This document shows positions 10,924 through 20,184 of a stretch of 64,000 nt of DNA, piece after piece. The position numbers and the translations under genes were made by a program. How positions within the stretch are numbered: the first letter of the stretch is position 1; every line of letters begins with the position of its first letter. Source of the stretch: Chitinophaga pinensis (GTDB lineage: Bacteria > Bacteroidota > Bacteroidia > M30B66); assembly GCA_945883545.1 (NCBI GenBank), contig CAMCXT010000006.1, forward strand, positions 10,051 through 74,050. Direction: 5' to 3'. The notes beneath the pieces were generated by a model. That model did no database searches. It saw only the letters and a program-made list of their open reading frames with translations, and had not been told where the DNA came from.

Positions 10924-11513
10924 TCGACATTGAAAAGCTGTTAACAGGCGAAAACGTGGTTGAAATAGCCAAACAACTTATTGGTATAGAGATCCATACA
11001 CATTTCAACAATCAAATTACAGCTGGCATCATCACAGAAACTGAAGTATATGCTGGCGAAACCGACAAAGCCAGTCATGCGTATGGTGGTCGTCGAACGC
11101 CAAGAACAGAAACCATGTATAGGTCGGCAGGAACCGCATATATTTATCTTTGCTACGGAATGCATCATTTGTTTAACATCGTAACTGGTCCTCAAGAAAT
11201 TCCACATGCAGTGCTGCTTCGAGGAATCGAACCCACACATGGAGAAGAAATTATGCGCGCTAGAACGAATAAACCAACTGGGAAACTGCGTCTTGATGGT
11301 CCGGGCAAAGCAGCAAAAGCACTTGGAATCACCACAGCCGCTAATGGATTATCTATCGATGGCAGTATGATTGGATTGCGACATCCAAGTTTTGAAATTG
11401 GTCGTTTAGACATTCTTGAAGGCCCTCGCATTGGTGTTGATTATGCCGGGTTGGATGCATTACTTCCATACAGATTTTACATCCCCAAAAACAGTCTTCT
11501 TACAATTCCATGA
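10920..11513 (+). CDS. mpg: DNA-3-methyladenine glycosylase (Mpg/AAG family).
   Basis: VYAGETDKASHAYGGRRTPRTETMYRSAGTAYIYLCYGMHHLFNIVTG matches the conserved core of the MPG/AAG family. The start overlaps the recQ stop (ATGA). Confidence 0.8.
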   Translation: MIDIEKLLTGENVVEIAKQLIGIEIHTHFNNQITAGIITETEVYAGETDKASHAYGGRRTPRTETMYRSAGTAYIYLCYGMHHLFNIVTGPQEIPHAVLLRGIEPTHGEEIMRARTNKPTGKLRLDGPGKAAKALGITTAANGLSIDGSMIGLRHPSFEIGRLDILEGPRIGVDYAGLDALLPYRFYIPKNSLLTIP

Positions 11514-12052
11514 AAACCCTAAACCGTTATTTTGGTCTTGTTTGGATGCTTTTCGCCTTTGTGTCTGTTTGGTTTTGGCTGAACATTCAAGGCATGGCAA
11601 CCTTCGAAAAAGTGAGCAATTACGCTGGCTGGATCTGCCTGATGTACCTTTTTTACAATAGCCGTTCAGTTAAAAGTAAACATGCCTTGTTGTTATTCGT
11701 AGGGATGTCGATTTTAATTCTAGGTCTCACCTTTAGATTTTTTCACTGGCCGATGAGCTATGAAATTATCCTGCTTTCTTCGGTCTTTATTATTGTAGGT
11801 TACTCCATGTATATCGCTAAAAGAACGCGCCGAACATGGATCGATTTGCTCAAGCTTTGCTGGGTGTTGAGTTCTGGTGTTTCCTTTTTATGGTTTATGC
11901 TTCGGTTGCCCTATATAGGTGTTGTTGAGTTGGTTCCAACAATAATCTTTTGGCCGATGTATCTATCGGTTGTGATTGCTGAAGCACTTGGAAAAGATCA
12001 AAGTGTTGAAGAAGATCTAGAATCAGAAGGATTGCCGCAGGATATCCTCTAA
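11510..12052 (+). CDS. Hypothetical integral membrane protein (~5 TM helices).
   Basis: 180-aa hydrophobic ORF whose start overlaps the mpg stop (ATGA). No recognisable motif. Confidence 0.45.
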   Translation: MKTLNRYFGLVWMLFAFVSVWFWLNIQGMATFEKVSNYAGWICLMYLFYNSRSVKSKHALLLFVGMSILILGLTFRFFHWPMSYEIILLSSVFIIVGYSMYIAKRTRRTWIDLLKLCWVLSSGVSFLWFMLRLPYIGVVELVPTIIFWPMYLSVVIAEALGKDQSVEEDLESEGLPQDIL

Positions 12053-12069
12053 AACATTGCCCAAAAAAT

Positions 12070-12077
12070 TATCTTTG
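12070..12077 (+). promoter_or_regulatory. Bacteroidota sigma-A -7 element (TAnnTTTG) 7 nt upstream of the DtxR-family regulator ATG.
   Basis: Exact TATCTTTG. Confidence 0.35.
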
Positions 12078-12084
12078 CGGTTCG

Positions 12085-12744
12085 ATGAATACTTCGTTCA
12101 CAGAGGAAAACTACCTCAAAACCATTTTTAAACTCGCAGGCGACACTGGTGGAAATGTGACTACCAATGCTATTGCGGATGCTTTGCAGACCAAGGCATC
12201 GTCGGTTACCGACATGATTAAAAAATTGTGCGACAAGAAGTTCCTTCACCACACGCCTTATCAAGGAGTGAAATTGAGTTCAGTTGGACAAAACAAAGCC
12301 CTCCAGATTATCAGAAAACACCGTTTGTGGGAAGTGTTCTTGGTTGATCGATTGGGTTTAGGTTGGGACGAAGTGCACGACATTGCCGAACAACTCGAGC
12401 ACACCAGCAGCGAAAGACTTTATTCTCATCTCGACCGCTATTTAAACTTCCCGAAATTTGATCCACATGGCGATCCCATACCAGATCAAGAAGGCCATAT
12501 AGAAGAACAAGAACTCAAAAGTTTATCAGAAGGTTTGCCAGGAGAGCAATTCGAAGTGTCGAGAATAATGGTGCATCTTCCCGAGTTTCTCCAATATCTT
12601 CAAGACATTCAATTGGTTCCAGGAACACGTGTTTCGGTACTTAGAAAATATGAGTTTGATGGTTCGGTATCGGTAAAAGTGGATGCAGGTCCCGAAATCA
12701 TGCTTTCTCGTCAAGCAGCATCTAGCATTTTTGTAAAACTCTGA
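12085..12744 (+). CDS. DtxR/MntR family metal-dependent transcriptional regulator with a C-terminal FeoA (SH3-like) domain.
   Basis: N-terminal wHTH (TEENYLKTIFKLAGDTGGNVTTNAIADALQTKASSVTDMIKKL) and a metal-binding/dimerisation region. The C-terminal ~70 aa are FeoA-like (EFEVSRIMVHLPEFLQYLQDIQLVPGTRVSVLR). Confidence 0.75.
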   Translation: MNTSFTEENYLKTIFKLAGDTGGNVTTNAIADALQTKASSVTDMIKKLCDKKFLHHTPYQGVKLSSVGQNKALQIIRKHRLWEVFLVDRLGLGWDEVHDIAEQLEHTSSERLYSHLDRYLNFPKFDPHGDPIPDQEGHIEEQELKSLSEGLPGEQFEVSRIMVHLPEFLQYLQDIQLVPGTRVSVLRKYEFDGSVSVKVDAGPEIMLSRQAASSIFVKL

Positions 12745-12748
12745 AGCT

Positions 12749-13216
12749 GTGGCAACCAAAGGAAACAAAGGGAATAACCTAAATATCAAGAACCGCAGAG
12801 CCAGCTTCGAATATGCATTGCTCATGGAGCTCACTGCTGGAATTCAGCTTACAGGAACGGAAATTAAATCTGTTCGTGCCGGGAAAGCGAACATTACCGA
12901 CGCTTACTGTGCATTCGTAAAAGATGAATTGTTTGTTCGAAACATGCACATCGACGAATACGAGCAAGGAAATATCTACAACCATGTTCCGAAACGCGAC
13001 CGTAAATTGTTGCTTCAACGCTCCGAACTCAGCAAGTTGAAAGGGAAAATGAAAGACAAAGGATTTACGATTGTGCCTTTGCAGATGTTTCTCAGCGAAT
13101 CGGGATTTGCCAAATTGGATATTGCCTTGGCAAAAGGGAAAAAACTTTACGACAAACGCGAGTCGATGAAAGACAAGGATGTAAAGCGCGATTTAGCCCG
13201 TAAATACGAGGATTAA
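12749..13216 (+). CDS. smpB: SsrA-binding protein SmpB.
   Basis: LTGTEIKSVRAGKANITDAYCAFVKDELFVRNMHIDEYEQGNIYNHVPKRDRKLLLQRSE...LAKGKKLYDKRESMKDKDVKRD is the canonical SmpB sequence. Confidence 0.9.
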   Translation: MATKGNKGNNLNIKNRRASFEYALLMELTAGIQLTGTEIKSVRAGKANITDAYCAFVKDELFVRNMHIDEYEQGNIYNHVPKRDRKLLLQRSELSKLKGKMKDKGFTIVPLQMFLSESGFAKLDIALAKGKKLYDKRESMKDKDVKRDLARKYED

Positions 13217-13219
13217 CAG

Positions 13220-13870
13220 TTAATTTCTATCCTCCAAAAGAGGAACAAATCGGAATTCTCCATGCACCGATTGTGACAAGCTTCCATCTTCTGCTTTATC
13301 CACAACAACCATTTCTTGCGTACCATCTTTCCCTACCGGAATTACCAATCTTCCACCTGGTTTCAGTTGATCTATCAAGGGTTGTGGAATAAAAGGCGCA
13401 CCTGCTGTTACCAAGATTTTATCGAAAGGAGCAAATCCAGGCAATCCGAGGTATCCATCACCAAAAGATAGGCGCGCCGAAATCCCCATTTGATCGAGTA
13501 ATTTCTTGGTTCGAACGTGCAATTCATGTTGACGCTCGATGCTAAAAACCCTAGCGCCCAATTGCACAAGCACAGCTGTTTGATAGCCGCTTCCTGTTCC
13601 AATTTCAAGAATCTTCTCACCTCTTTTGGGTGAAATCAGTGCCGATTGAAAAGCAACCGTGCTTGGATGCGAAATGGTTTGACCAGCGCCAATCTTGAAG
13701 GCAATATCTTCATATGCTTTTTCAACAAATGCTTGGTCGGGGAAAAACAAATGACGAGGAACCTCAAGCATCGCTTCTAAGGTGCGGGCATCAGCAATGT
13801 TCAACTCACGGAGTTCATCTATCAATCTCCTTCTCAATCCTTTGTGCCTGTATGTGTCTTGCCCTGTCAT
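13220..13870 (-). CDS. pcm: Protein-L-isoaspartate O-methyltransferase.
   Basis: SAM motif ILEIGTGSGYQTAVL. Pcm-specific blocks TISHPSTVA and VIPVG, 216 aa. It is convergent with smpB (3-nt gap). Confidence 0.85.
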   Translation of the reverse strand: MTGQDTYRHKGLRRRLIDELRELNIADARTLEAMLEVPRHLFFPDQAFVEKAYEDIAFKIGAGQTISHPSTVAFQSALISPKRGEKILEIGTGSGYQTAVLVQLGARVFSIERQHELHVRTKKLLDQMGISARLSFGDGYLGLPGFAPFDKILVTAGAPFIPQPLIDQLKPGGRLVIPVGKDGTQEMVVVDKAEDGSLSQSVHGEFRFVPLLEDRN

Positions 13871-14018
13871 GTTTCGATTCTGTAAGCTAAAGTACGCCCC
13901 TCAAATGCGAGTATTATCAACAAAAACAAGACGAATTTCACAATCGAATGTTGATTTTTTTATGGTCTATTTGTAAGTATTCGAAGGGTCGAAGCCTTTG
14001 CCGCAACTGAAATTCGTT

Positions 14019-14026
14019 TAGGTTTG
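14019..14026 (+). promoter_or_regulatory. -7 element TAGGTTTG upstream of the oxidoreductase–lipoprotein–sugar-transferase operon.
   Basis: Exact TAnnTTTG match. It implies a start at the ATG at 14044. Confidence 0.35.
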
Positions 14027-15030
14027 TGCGAAAATTGAGAAGAATGCTAAAGATCGGCGTTATTGGTGCCGGACATCTCGGAAAGATCCACCTGAAACTC
14101 ATCCAAGAATCTGAATACTACCATCTTACAGGTTTTTTCGATTCCGACAAAGAGCGCGCAGAAGCATACGCTGCCGAGACCGGGATTCGACTTTTCGACA
14201 CTGCCGAAGAACTAATTGAAGCATCAGAAGTTGTAGACATTGTTACTCCAACATTGGCGCATCACCAATATGCATGTAAAGCATTGCGAATGAGCCGCCA
14301 CATTTTTATCGAAAAACCAATTGCAGCCACTGTTGATGAAGCACGTGAAATCATGCAATTGTCGGTTGAAGCAGGTAAAAAAGTGCAGGTTGGTCACGTT
14401 GAACGATTCAATCCAGCGTTCACCGCGGCTCAACCATTCATAAAAAATCCGATGTTCATCGAAACGCACCGATTGGCGCAATTCAATCCTCGTGGAACGG
14501 ATGTTTCGGTAGTGCTCGATTTAATGATACACGACATCGACATTGTGCTGAAAAGCGTAAACAGTGCAGTTAGAAAAATCAGCGCAAGCGGCGTTTCTGT
14601 TGTGAGCGATACGCCCGACATTGCCAATGCGCGCATCGAATTCGACAATGGCTGTGTTGCCAATTTAACCGCAAGCCGTTTGTCGATGAAGAACATGAGA
14701 AAAACCAGATTCTTCCAACGCGATGCATATATAAGTGTCGATTTTCTAGAGAAAGAAATCGAAGTCATCCGTATGTCAACAATAGAAGGCGATCCAGATC
14801 CTTTGTCATTAACAATCGACTTGGGTGAAGGACGTGGAATGAAAGAAATCTTCCTTGAAAAGCCAACAATTTTACCAACCAACGCAATAAAAGCAGAATT
14901 AGAAAGTTTTGCAGATGCCATCGCAAATAATACGGACCCGGTGGTAACAGCATCAGATGGACTACAGGCCCTCGACGTCGCATACAAAATCATCGACAAG
15001 TTGAATCTGTCTCCGAATCTACTGGCTTAA
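14026..15030 (+). CDS. Gfo/Idh/MocA family NAD(P)-dependent oxidoreductase (sugar/nucleotide-sugar dehydrogenase-like). The likely true start is the ATG at 14044.
   Basis: Rossmann motif IGVIGAGHLGKIH and EKP motif (IFIEKPIA). A -7 promoter motif ends at 14026, so the GTG start of the track ORF is unlikely. Confidence 0.75.
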   Translation: MRKLRRMLKIGVIGAGHLGKIHLKLIQESEYYHLTGFFDSDKERAEAYAAETGIRLFDTAEELIEASEVVDIVTPTLAHHQYACKALRMSRHIFIEKPIAATVDEAREIMQLSVEAGKKVQVGHVERFNPAFTAAQPFIKNPMFIETHRLAQFNPRGTDVSVVLDLMIHDIDIVLKSVNSAVRKISASGVSVVSDTPDIANARIEFDNGCVANLTASRLSMKNMRKTRFFQRDAYISVDFLEKEIEVIRMSTIEGDPDPLSLTIDLGEGRGMKEIFLEKPTILPTNAIKAELESFADAIANNTDPVVTASDGLQALDVAYKIIDKLNLSPNLLA

Positions 15031-15032
15031 CA

Positions 15033-15887
15033 ATGGTAAAACGCTACAAGGTTATTTTATTTGCAGTTGTTGTGATGCTTTCGGCTTGTGCTTCCGACAA
15101 GGGCGTTCCTGCTTATATACGTGTAAATTCAATTCCTGTAGTTACCGAACCCATCACGCAAGGCTCCAATTCTTCCAACATTACAGATGCTTGGATTTAT
15201 GCCGACGACCAACTAATCGGAGCCTTTGAACTTCCTTGTGATGTTCCAGTGCTTGATTTAGGAACCAAAAAGATTTCAATTGGTGCAGGAGTTAAAATCA
15301 ACGGAATTTCATCCCTTCGAGCGCCCTACCCTTTTTATAAATTCTACGAAACAACTGCCGAGCTCAAAGCAGGAGAATCGGTTGATTTAACGCCACAAGT
15401 AAGTTATTTCGATTCTTTACAATTCGCATTCATGGCGAATTTTGATGATATCTCTGGCAGTAAACTCGAGGCTTCAGGAGCTACCGATACAACCATCGGA
15501 ATTACCAACAACGCAACTAAAGTTTTCGAAGGCGCTGGATCTATGATCGCGCAATTGAACAGAGATTCAGGATTTGTGGAATTTCAGTTTGTTGAAACTG
15601 TAAATCTGCCTAAGCAAGGCACAATAGTTTATCTAGAATTCGATTACAAAAACACGCATGTGCTGAGTGTTGGCCTTAAGTCATATTATCCTTCTTCTGG
15701 CACTCAAAGTACCGAGTTGATCAACCTAAACAAGAGTGAAGAATGGAAAAAGGTCTACGTTAGTATGACTAGAGCAGTGAGTGAGCAAATCAATGCATCG
15801 AATTACCGAGTGTATTTTTATGCTAACAAAGAAGCAGGATCAGTGCCGTTGGAAATCTTGATTGATAACATGAAAATTATTTATTGA
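15033..15887 (+). CDS. Hypothetical lipoprotein.
   Basis: Signal peptide plus lipobox (VVVMLSACAS) and 284 aa with no recognisable motif. It sits between the oxidoreductase and the sugar transferase (3- and 4-nt gaps) and so is presumably co-transcribed. Confidence 0.45.
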   Translation: MVKRYKVILFAVVVMLSACASDKGVPAYIRVNSIPVVTEPITQGSNSSNITDAWIYADDQLIGAFELPCDVPVLDLGTKKISIGAGVKINGISSLRAPYPFYKFYETTAELKAGESVDLTPQVSYFDSLQFAFMANFDDISGSKLEASGATDTTIGITNNATKVFEGAGSMIAQLNRDSGFVEFQFVETVNLPKQGTIVYLEFDYKNTHVLSVGLKSYYPSSGTQSTELINLNKSEEWKKVYVSMTRAVSEQINASNYRVYFYANKEAGSVPLEILIDNMKIIY

Positions 15888-15891
15888 TCGA

Positions 15892-17319
15892 GTGATTGCT
15901 ACAAGAAGAGATAGAAACCAGGCCATCATTCAAGCCTTAGCCGACTTGCTTTCAGCAGGAGCAGGATGGACACTATACTATGTCTTCCGTAAAATTTACA
16001 TCGAGCCAATTCGATTTGGTTACAAAGTCGATTTGGTATTCGATCAGAATTATTGGTTAGGCCTATTGATCATTCCTATTTCGTGGATCATCCTCTTCCA
16101 AATGAGTGGAAGTTACCACGATGTTTTCAGAAAATCGCGCCTTGGAATTGTAGGAAACACGCTACTGCTCAGTTTGATTGGTTGCACACTATTGTTTTTC
16201 TCGATTTCGCTCGACGATTTCGTTCCTTCCTACCAATACTATTATTCTTCTTTCCTTGCCTTGTTTGGAGCCCATGCGGGAATAACTGTCATCCAAAGAG
16301 CGATCGTATCTACTTGGAATTCCCGCAGAATCCAAAGTGGAAAGATTCGTTTCAACACTTTATTGGTAGGATCGGGACAAAAATCTTGGGATACCTATAG
16401 AAAGATCTCCGAACAAACGATCAGTTCAGGAAATCATTTCCTTGGATACATTCCAGTGAATGGTAGTTTGAACCAAGAGTTGGCTTCTACCTTAAAAAAT
16501 GTAGGATCGTTCGAAAACCTGAGCAGCATCGTTCGTGAATTGGATGTTGAAGAAGTAATCGTTGCGCCAGAAAATAGCGAACATACTTATTTGGGTAAGA
16601 TCCTCACCGAACTTGAACTCACTACAGTATATATCAAGGTAATCCCCGACATAACAGATATTTTACTCGGTTCTGTTAAGATGTCGGCCATCTTTGGTGC
16701 ACCTGTTATAGAACTCAACCGCGCTTTGATGCCGGTTTGGCAACGTTCGTTTAAGCGAATGTTCGATATGGTGGTTTCAGTATTCGTGCTCGTGGGAATG
16801 TTTCCAGTGTTTCTCATTACAGCCATTATTGTGAAACTGGGCTCTCCAGGTCCAATATTCTATCATCACTTCCGAATTGGTCTGAATGGAAAACCCTTCA
16901 AGATTTACAAGTTTCGTTCGATGTACAAGGATGCGGAATCGCGCGGTCCGCAGTTGAGCAGTAAATTCGATAGCCGCATCACGCCGTTTGGCAGGTTCAT
17001 GCGAAAAACACGATTGGATGAAATTCCTCAGTTCTACAATGTATTGATTGGCTCTATGTCGATCGTTGGCCCACGACCAGAACGACAACATTTTATCGAT
17101 CAAATCGTGGTTGTAGCGCCGCATTACCGTCTGCTTCACAAGGTTCGTCCGGGAATTACTGGCTGGGGACAAGTAAAATTCGGCTATGCCGAAAATGTGC
17201 CTGAGATGGTTGAGCGCCTCAAGTACGATATATTATATGTAGAAAACATGACGCTCGCGCTGGATTTCAAAATCATGATTTATACAGCGTTAATCGTGCT
17301 TCAAGGAAGAGGGAAGTAA
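15892..17319 (+). CDS. Polyprenyl-phosphate glycosyl-1-phosphate transferase (bacterial sugar transferase, WbaP/WcaJ-like initiating enzyme).
   Basis: The C-terminal Bac_transf domain is KRMFDMVVSVFVLVGMFPVFLITAIIVKLGSPGPIFYHHFRIGLNGKPFKIYKFRSM...IVGPRPE. The N-terminal ~270 aa form the multi-TM and central loop region typical of the long WbaP type. Confidence 0.8.
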   Translation: MIATRRDRNQAIIQALADLLSAGAGWTLYYVFRKIYIEPIRFGYKVDLVFDQNYWLGLLIIPISWIILFQMSGSYHDVFRKSRLGIVGNTLLLSLIGCTLLFFSISLDDFVPSYQYYYSSFLALFGAHAGITVIQRAIVSTWNSRRIQSGKIRFNTLLVGSGQKSWDTYRKISEQTISSGNHFLGYIPVNGSLNQELASTLKNVGSFENLSSIVRELDVEEVIVAPENSEHTYLGKILTELELTTVYIKVIPDITDILLGSVKMSAIFGAPVIELNRALMPVWQRSFKRMFDMVVSVFVLVGMFPVFLITAIIVKLGSPGPIFYHHFRIGLNGKPFKIYKFRSMYKDAESRGPQLSSKFDSRITPFGRFMRKTRLDEIPQFYNVLIGSMSIVGPRPERQHFIDQIVVVAPHYRLLHKVRPGITGWGQVKFGYAENVPEMVERLKYDILYVENMTLALDFKIMIYTALIVLQGRGK

Positions 17320-17385
17320 TTCCTTTTCGGTGTATCAATTTTGGGTCGGAATTACTTTCTTTGCAATCCCAAAATTTAACATCAC

Positions 17386-18276
17386 ATGCAGAAAGTAGTT
17401 GTTGTAGGAGCCGGTACCATGGGAAATGGAATCGCACACACATTTGCCCAGTTTGGATATCCAGTTTTATTGATCGATGCCAACGAAAGTGCTTTGGAAA
17501 AAGGTTTGAAAACCATCCAGGCAAATTTTGAGCGCCAAGTGCAAAAACAACAGGTTACTGAAGAACAGCGTGATGCAGCATTGCAACGAATTTCTACCGC
17601 TACTTCGATCGACGAACGTGCAGCTGATGCAGACTTGGTTGTAGAAGCAGCATCTGAAAACTTCGACATCAAATCATCTATTTTCCGCAAGCTGGATGAA
17701 GTTTGTCAGCCAAGTTGTATTCTGGCTTCTAACACTTCATCAATTTCTATCACTAGAATTGCTGCAGTAACAAAGCGTGCTGATAAAGTGATTGGAATGC
17801 ATTTCATGAATCCTGTGCCAGTGATGAAGCTGGTGGAGATCATTAATGGATATTCAACTTCTAAAGAAACAAGCGATTTAATTTTCAAGACCTCTGAGTC
17901 TTTGTCGAAAATTCCAGTCATCGTGAATGATTATCCTGGTTTTGTTGCCAACAAGATCTTGATGCCAATGATCAATGAAGCCATTATTACCCTCAGCGAA
18001 GGTGTTGCTGGTGTTCATGAAATAGATACTGTAATGAAATTGGGAATGGCACATCCGATGGGGCCACTTCAATTGGCAGATTTTATCGGTTTGGATATTT
18101 GCCTTTCAATTTTGCGTGTATTGCAAGATGGATTTGGGAATCCGAAATATGCACCAGCGCCATTGTTGATCAATATGGTTACTGCAGGACATTTGGGTGC
18201 AAAAAGCGGTGTTGGTTTCTACGATTATTCGGCAGGTAAAAAAGACCTCATTGTCGCAGCTCAATTTCGTCGTTAA
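17386..18276 (+). CDS. hbd: 3-hydroxyacyl-CoA / 3-hydroxybutyryl-CoA dehydrogenase.
   Basis: NAD fold VVVVGAGTMGNGIA. 3HCDH signature blocks ILASNTSSISIT, MHFMNPVPVMKLVEII, PGFVANKIL. 296 aa. Confidence 0.85.
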   Translation: MQKVVVVGAGTMGNGIAHTFAQFGYPVLLIDANESALEKGLKTIQANFERQVQKQQVTEEQRDAALQRISTATSIDERAADADLVVEAASENFDIKSSIFRKLDEVCQPSCILASNTSSISITRIAAVTKRADKVIGMHFMNPVPVMKLVEIINGYSTSKETSDLIFKTSESLSKIPVIVNDYPGFVANKILMPMINEAIITLSEGVAGVHEIDTVMKLGMAHPMGPLQLADFIGLDICLSILRVLQDGFGNPKYAPAPLLINMVTAGHLGAKSGVGFYDYSAGKKDLIVAAQFRR

Positions 18277-18902
18277 TTCACGAAAGTACCGTCGTCAATC
18301 GATAAGATAATGTCTTCAATCATCCTGTCTTCCGAATTTCCATTTGGATCATAGGATGATTTAAGATTTGTTTTAAAAATTCTCGCAACCGATTGCCAGA
18401 AAACTGCTTGAAACGAGCCCCTCAGGTCTTTCACCAATCCGTAAGACGTATTTCCAGATTCTCGATCAATGAGTTTAATCAGGATTCTTCCTTGGTTTAG
18501 GGTCATGTTGCGAATGTCGTCTTCAAATTCGGCCTTTAACTCATCTTCAGCCTTACGAAGCATTTTCTTTTGCTCCTTCGGGTTCATGGTTGCCATTGTA
18601 TCGTTGTATTGCTTGAGCTTTTTACCCGCAACCTTTGAGTACGGATAAACCTTGGCAACATCACGCTTTAAGCGGCTCCATTTGCGCTCTTCACGTTTTG
18701 ATGCGAACACGCGATTTTCAGCTACTGTAATGGGCTGAAGTGTAACTGTTGGAATGGTATCACCATTGTCGCCAATGATATACTGAACTTTAAGTGCAAC
18801 CGGTTTAGGAGGTTCCGACATGAGGATGCGTTCCTTCAATCTGATTTGCGCGTTGGCAGAAAAGACCATTGAAGAAAATAGGAAGATGAGGACGTAACGC
18901 AT
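18273..18902 (-). CDS. DUF4294-like secreted hypothetical protein. The track ORF extends to 19031 but the real start is probably the Met giving signal peptide MRYVLIFLFSSMVFSANA (~18902).
   Basis: A signal peptide is followed by a Lys/Glu-rich helical region. The family assignment (DUF4294) is from memory of similar Bacteroidota proteins and is uncertain. Confidence 0.4.
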   Translation of the reverse strand: MRYVLIFLFSSMVFSANAQIRLKERILMSEPPKPVALKVQYIIGDNGDTIPTVTLQPITVAENRVFASKREERKWSRLKRDVAKVYPYSKVAGKKLKQYNDTMATMNPKEQKKMLRKAEDELKAEFEDDIRNMTLNQGRILIKLIDRESGNTSYGLVKDLRGSFQAVFWQSVARIFKTNLKSSYDPNGNSEDRMIEDIILSIDDGTFVN

Positions 18903-18924
18903 AGTTGTGAAGTCGCCTGCCAAT

Positions 18925-19341
18925 TTATATGCCAGTTTGAAAATAAGGTTGCAGCGCAGTGCGAATAAACTCAGGAACTCTGCCTGGGCGCATCTGTTCG
19001 GCTGATAGGAAAACCAATTCGGTGAATGCATGATTCAATTGCTCGCCAGCTTCGTTGAATATTTTGTAGTGAAAACGTATTCGACTCATCGGAAATTCTT
19101 CGATCGTTGTAATTATTTTCAACAAGTCGTCGTACTTACCTGGCTTTAAGTAACGAATTGAATATTCTGTTACAGGCATCAAAATCCCAGCGTCTTCGAG
19201 CGATTTGTAAGGACAACCAAGGCTTCTCAATGCTTCTACACGAGCCACTTCAAAGTATGTTGCATAATGTCCATAATACACGAATCCCATCTGATCGGTT
19301 TCAGAATATCTAACTCTAATGTAGGTTTCGTGTTGAAACAT
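18925..19341 (-). CDS. Acyl-CoA thioesterase, hotdog fold (YbgC/4HBT family).
   Basis: YIRVRYSETDQMGFVYYGHYATYFEVARVEALRSLG carries the 4HBT catalytic Asp and the hotdog motif. 138 aa. Confidence 0.8.
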   Translation of the reverse strand: MFQHETYIRVRYSETDQMGFVYYGHYATYFEVARVEALRSLGCPYKSLEDAGILMPVTEYSIRYLKPGKYDDLLKIITTIEEFPMSRIRFHYKIFNEAGEQLNHAFTELVFLSAEQMRPGRVPEFIRTALQPYFQTGI

Positions 19342-19383
19342 ATTAAATTTGATGGTTCACGGAATTCCATCATTCCGACAGGA

Positions 19384-19391
19384 TAAATTTG
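19384..19391 (+). promoter_or_regulatory. -7 element TAAATTTG upstream of the split 5'-nucleotidase genes.
   Basis: Exact match 22 nt upstream of the ATG at 19414. Confidence 0.35.
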
Positions 19392-19413
19392 CCTGATAAA
19401 ATCGAACGTCAGA

Positions 19414-20184
19414 ATGCTGCAAAAACTATTTATCAATAGGTTTATTCACCTGATTTTTCTGCTTGCTCTATCTGCTTGCAGCAAAATGGTGAGTCAAGGT
19501 CCCGAACCACAGTTGCCGTATGAAATCGGAAAAGGAAACCTCACAGCAGAAGACGCAAAAATTGAAGCCATTATTGCGCCCTATCGCGAACCGCTTCAAA
19601 AGAGCATGGCTGAAACGCTTTGTTACAGTGATGCCAATGCTACCAAAGAATTGCCTGAAGGAAGTTTAGGAAGCATGATCACCGACATCCTGCGCAGCGA
19701 AATCAGCATGCAAACCCAAACACCGATCGACATTTGCTTTCTCAATCATGGAGGTTTGCGGGTTGAATGGCCCAAAGGAGCAATCGTTAGATCGATGGTT
19801 TTCGAATTGATGCCTTTTGAAAACCAGCTGCAGATTATCCAGATGAACGCCAATCAAGTGGAAGGAATGCTCAAATTGATTGCCGGCAAAGGTGGATCGC
19901 CGATTTCTGGAATCCGGATGGAAATAGAAAATGGCCAACTGAAATCTTGGTCGGTGGATGGAGATCCGAATAAAGAAAAGGCATTATACAATGTTCTCAC
20001 CTCAGATTACCTGGTGAACGGTGGTGACTCGTATTTATTAAAGCACGAAGGTGAAATCAAATTCCTTCAAGGAAACTTGAAAGTTCGCGATGGCATTGAA
20101 GCGGCCATTAAGCGCATCCATGCAAATGGAAAAACATTAAAACCAATGAAAGATGGAAGAATCCAGAAAATTACCACGCCGTAG
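19414..20184 (+). CDS. 5'-nucleotidase C-terminal (substrate-binding) domain lipoprotein.
   Basis: Lipobox LLALSACS. The segment ...ICFLNHGGLRVEWPKGAIVRSMVFELMPFENQLQIIQMNANQVEGML...VLTSDYLVNGGDSYLL is the 5_nucleotid_C fold. A TAAATTTG -7 motif lies at 19384..19391. Confidence 0.75.
   Translation: MLQKLFINRFIHLIFLLALSACSKMVSQGPEPQLPYEIGKGNLTAEDAKIEAIIAPYREPLQKSMAETLCYSDANATKELPEGSLGSMITDILRSEISMQTQTPIDICFLNHGGLRVEWPKGAIVRSMVFELMPFENQLQIIQMNANQVEGMLKLIAGKGGSPISGIRMEIENGQLKSWSVDGDPNKEKALYNVLTSDYLVNGGDSYLLKHEGEIKFLQGNLKVRDGIEAAIKRIHANGKTLKPMKDGRIQKITTP

Noticed and set aside
12077-12095. GGTTCGATG resembling a tRNA T-loop (GGTTCGA).
   Set aside because: No acceptor or anticodon stems can be formed from the flanks. 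The segment is the leader and start of the DtxR-family gene.
13905-13960. Two inverted imperfect DnaA-box-like 9-mers (TTATCAACA / TGTTGATTT) in the pcm–oxidoreductase intergenic region.
   Set aside because: They are only two degenerate sites. The region is better explained as the promoter/leader of the 14044 operon (TAGGTTTG box at 14019).
14430-14999. 189-aa minus-strand ORF inside the Gfo/Idh/MocA oxidoreductase gene.
   Set aside because: It is antisense to a gene with clear Rossmann/EKP motifs. It has a low-complexity Ser-rich translation and no independent signal.
16053-16400. 115-aa alternative-frame ORF inside the sugar transferase gene.
   Set aside because: It is a same-strand overlapping frame within a gene that has a strong Bac_transf signature in the main frame, and it has no start context.
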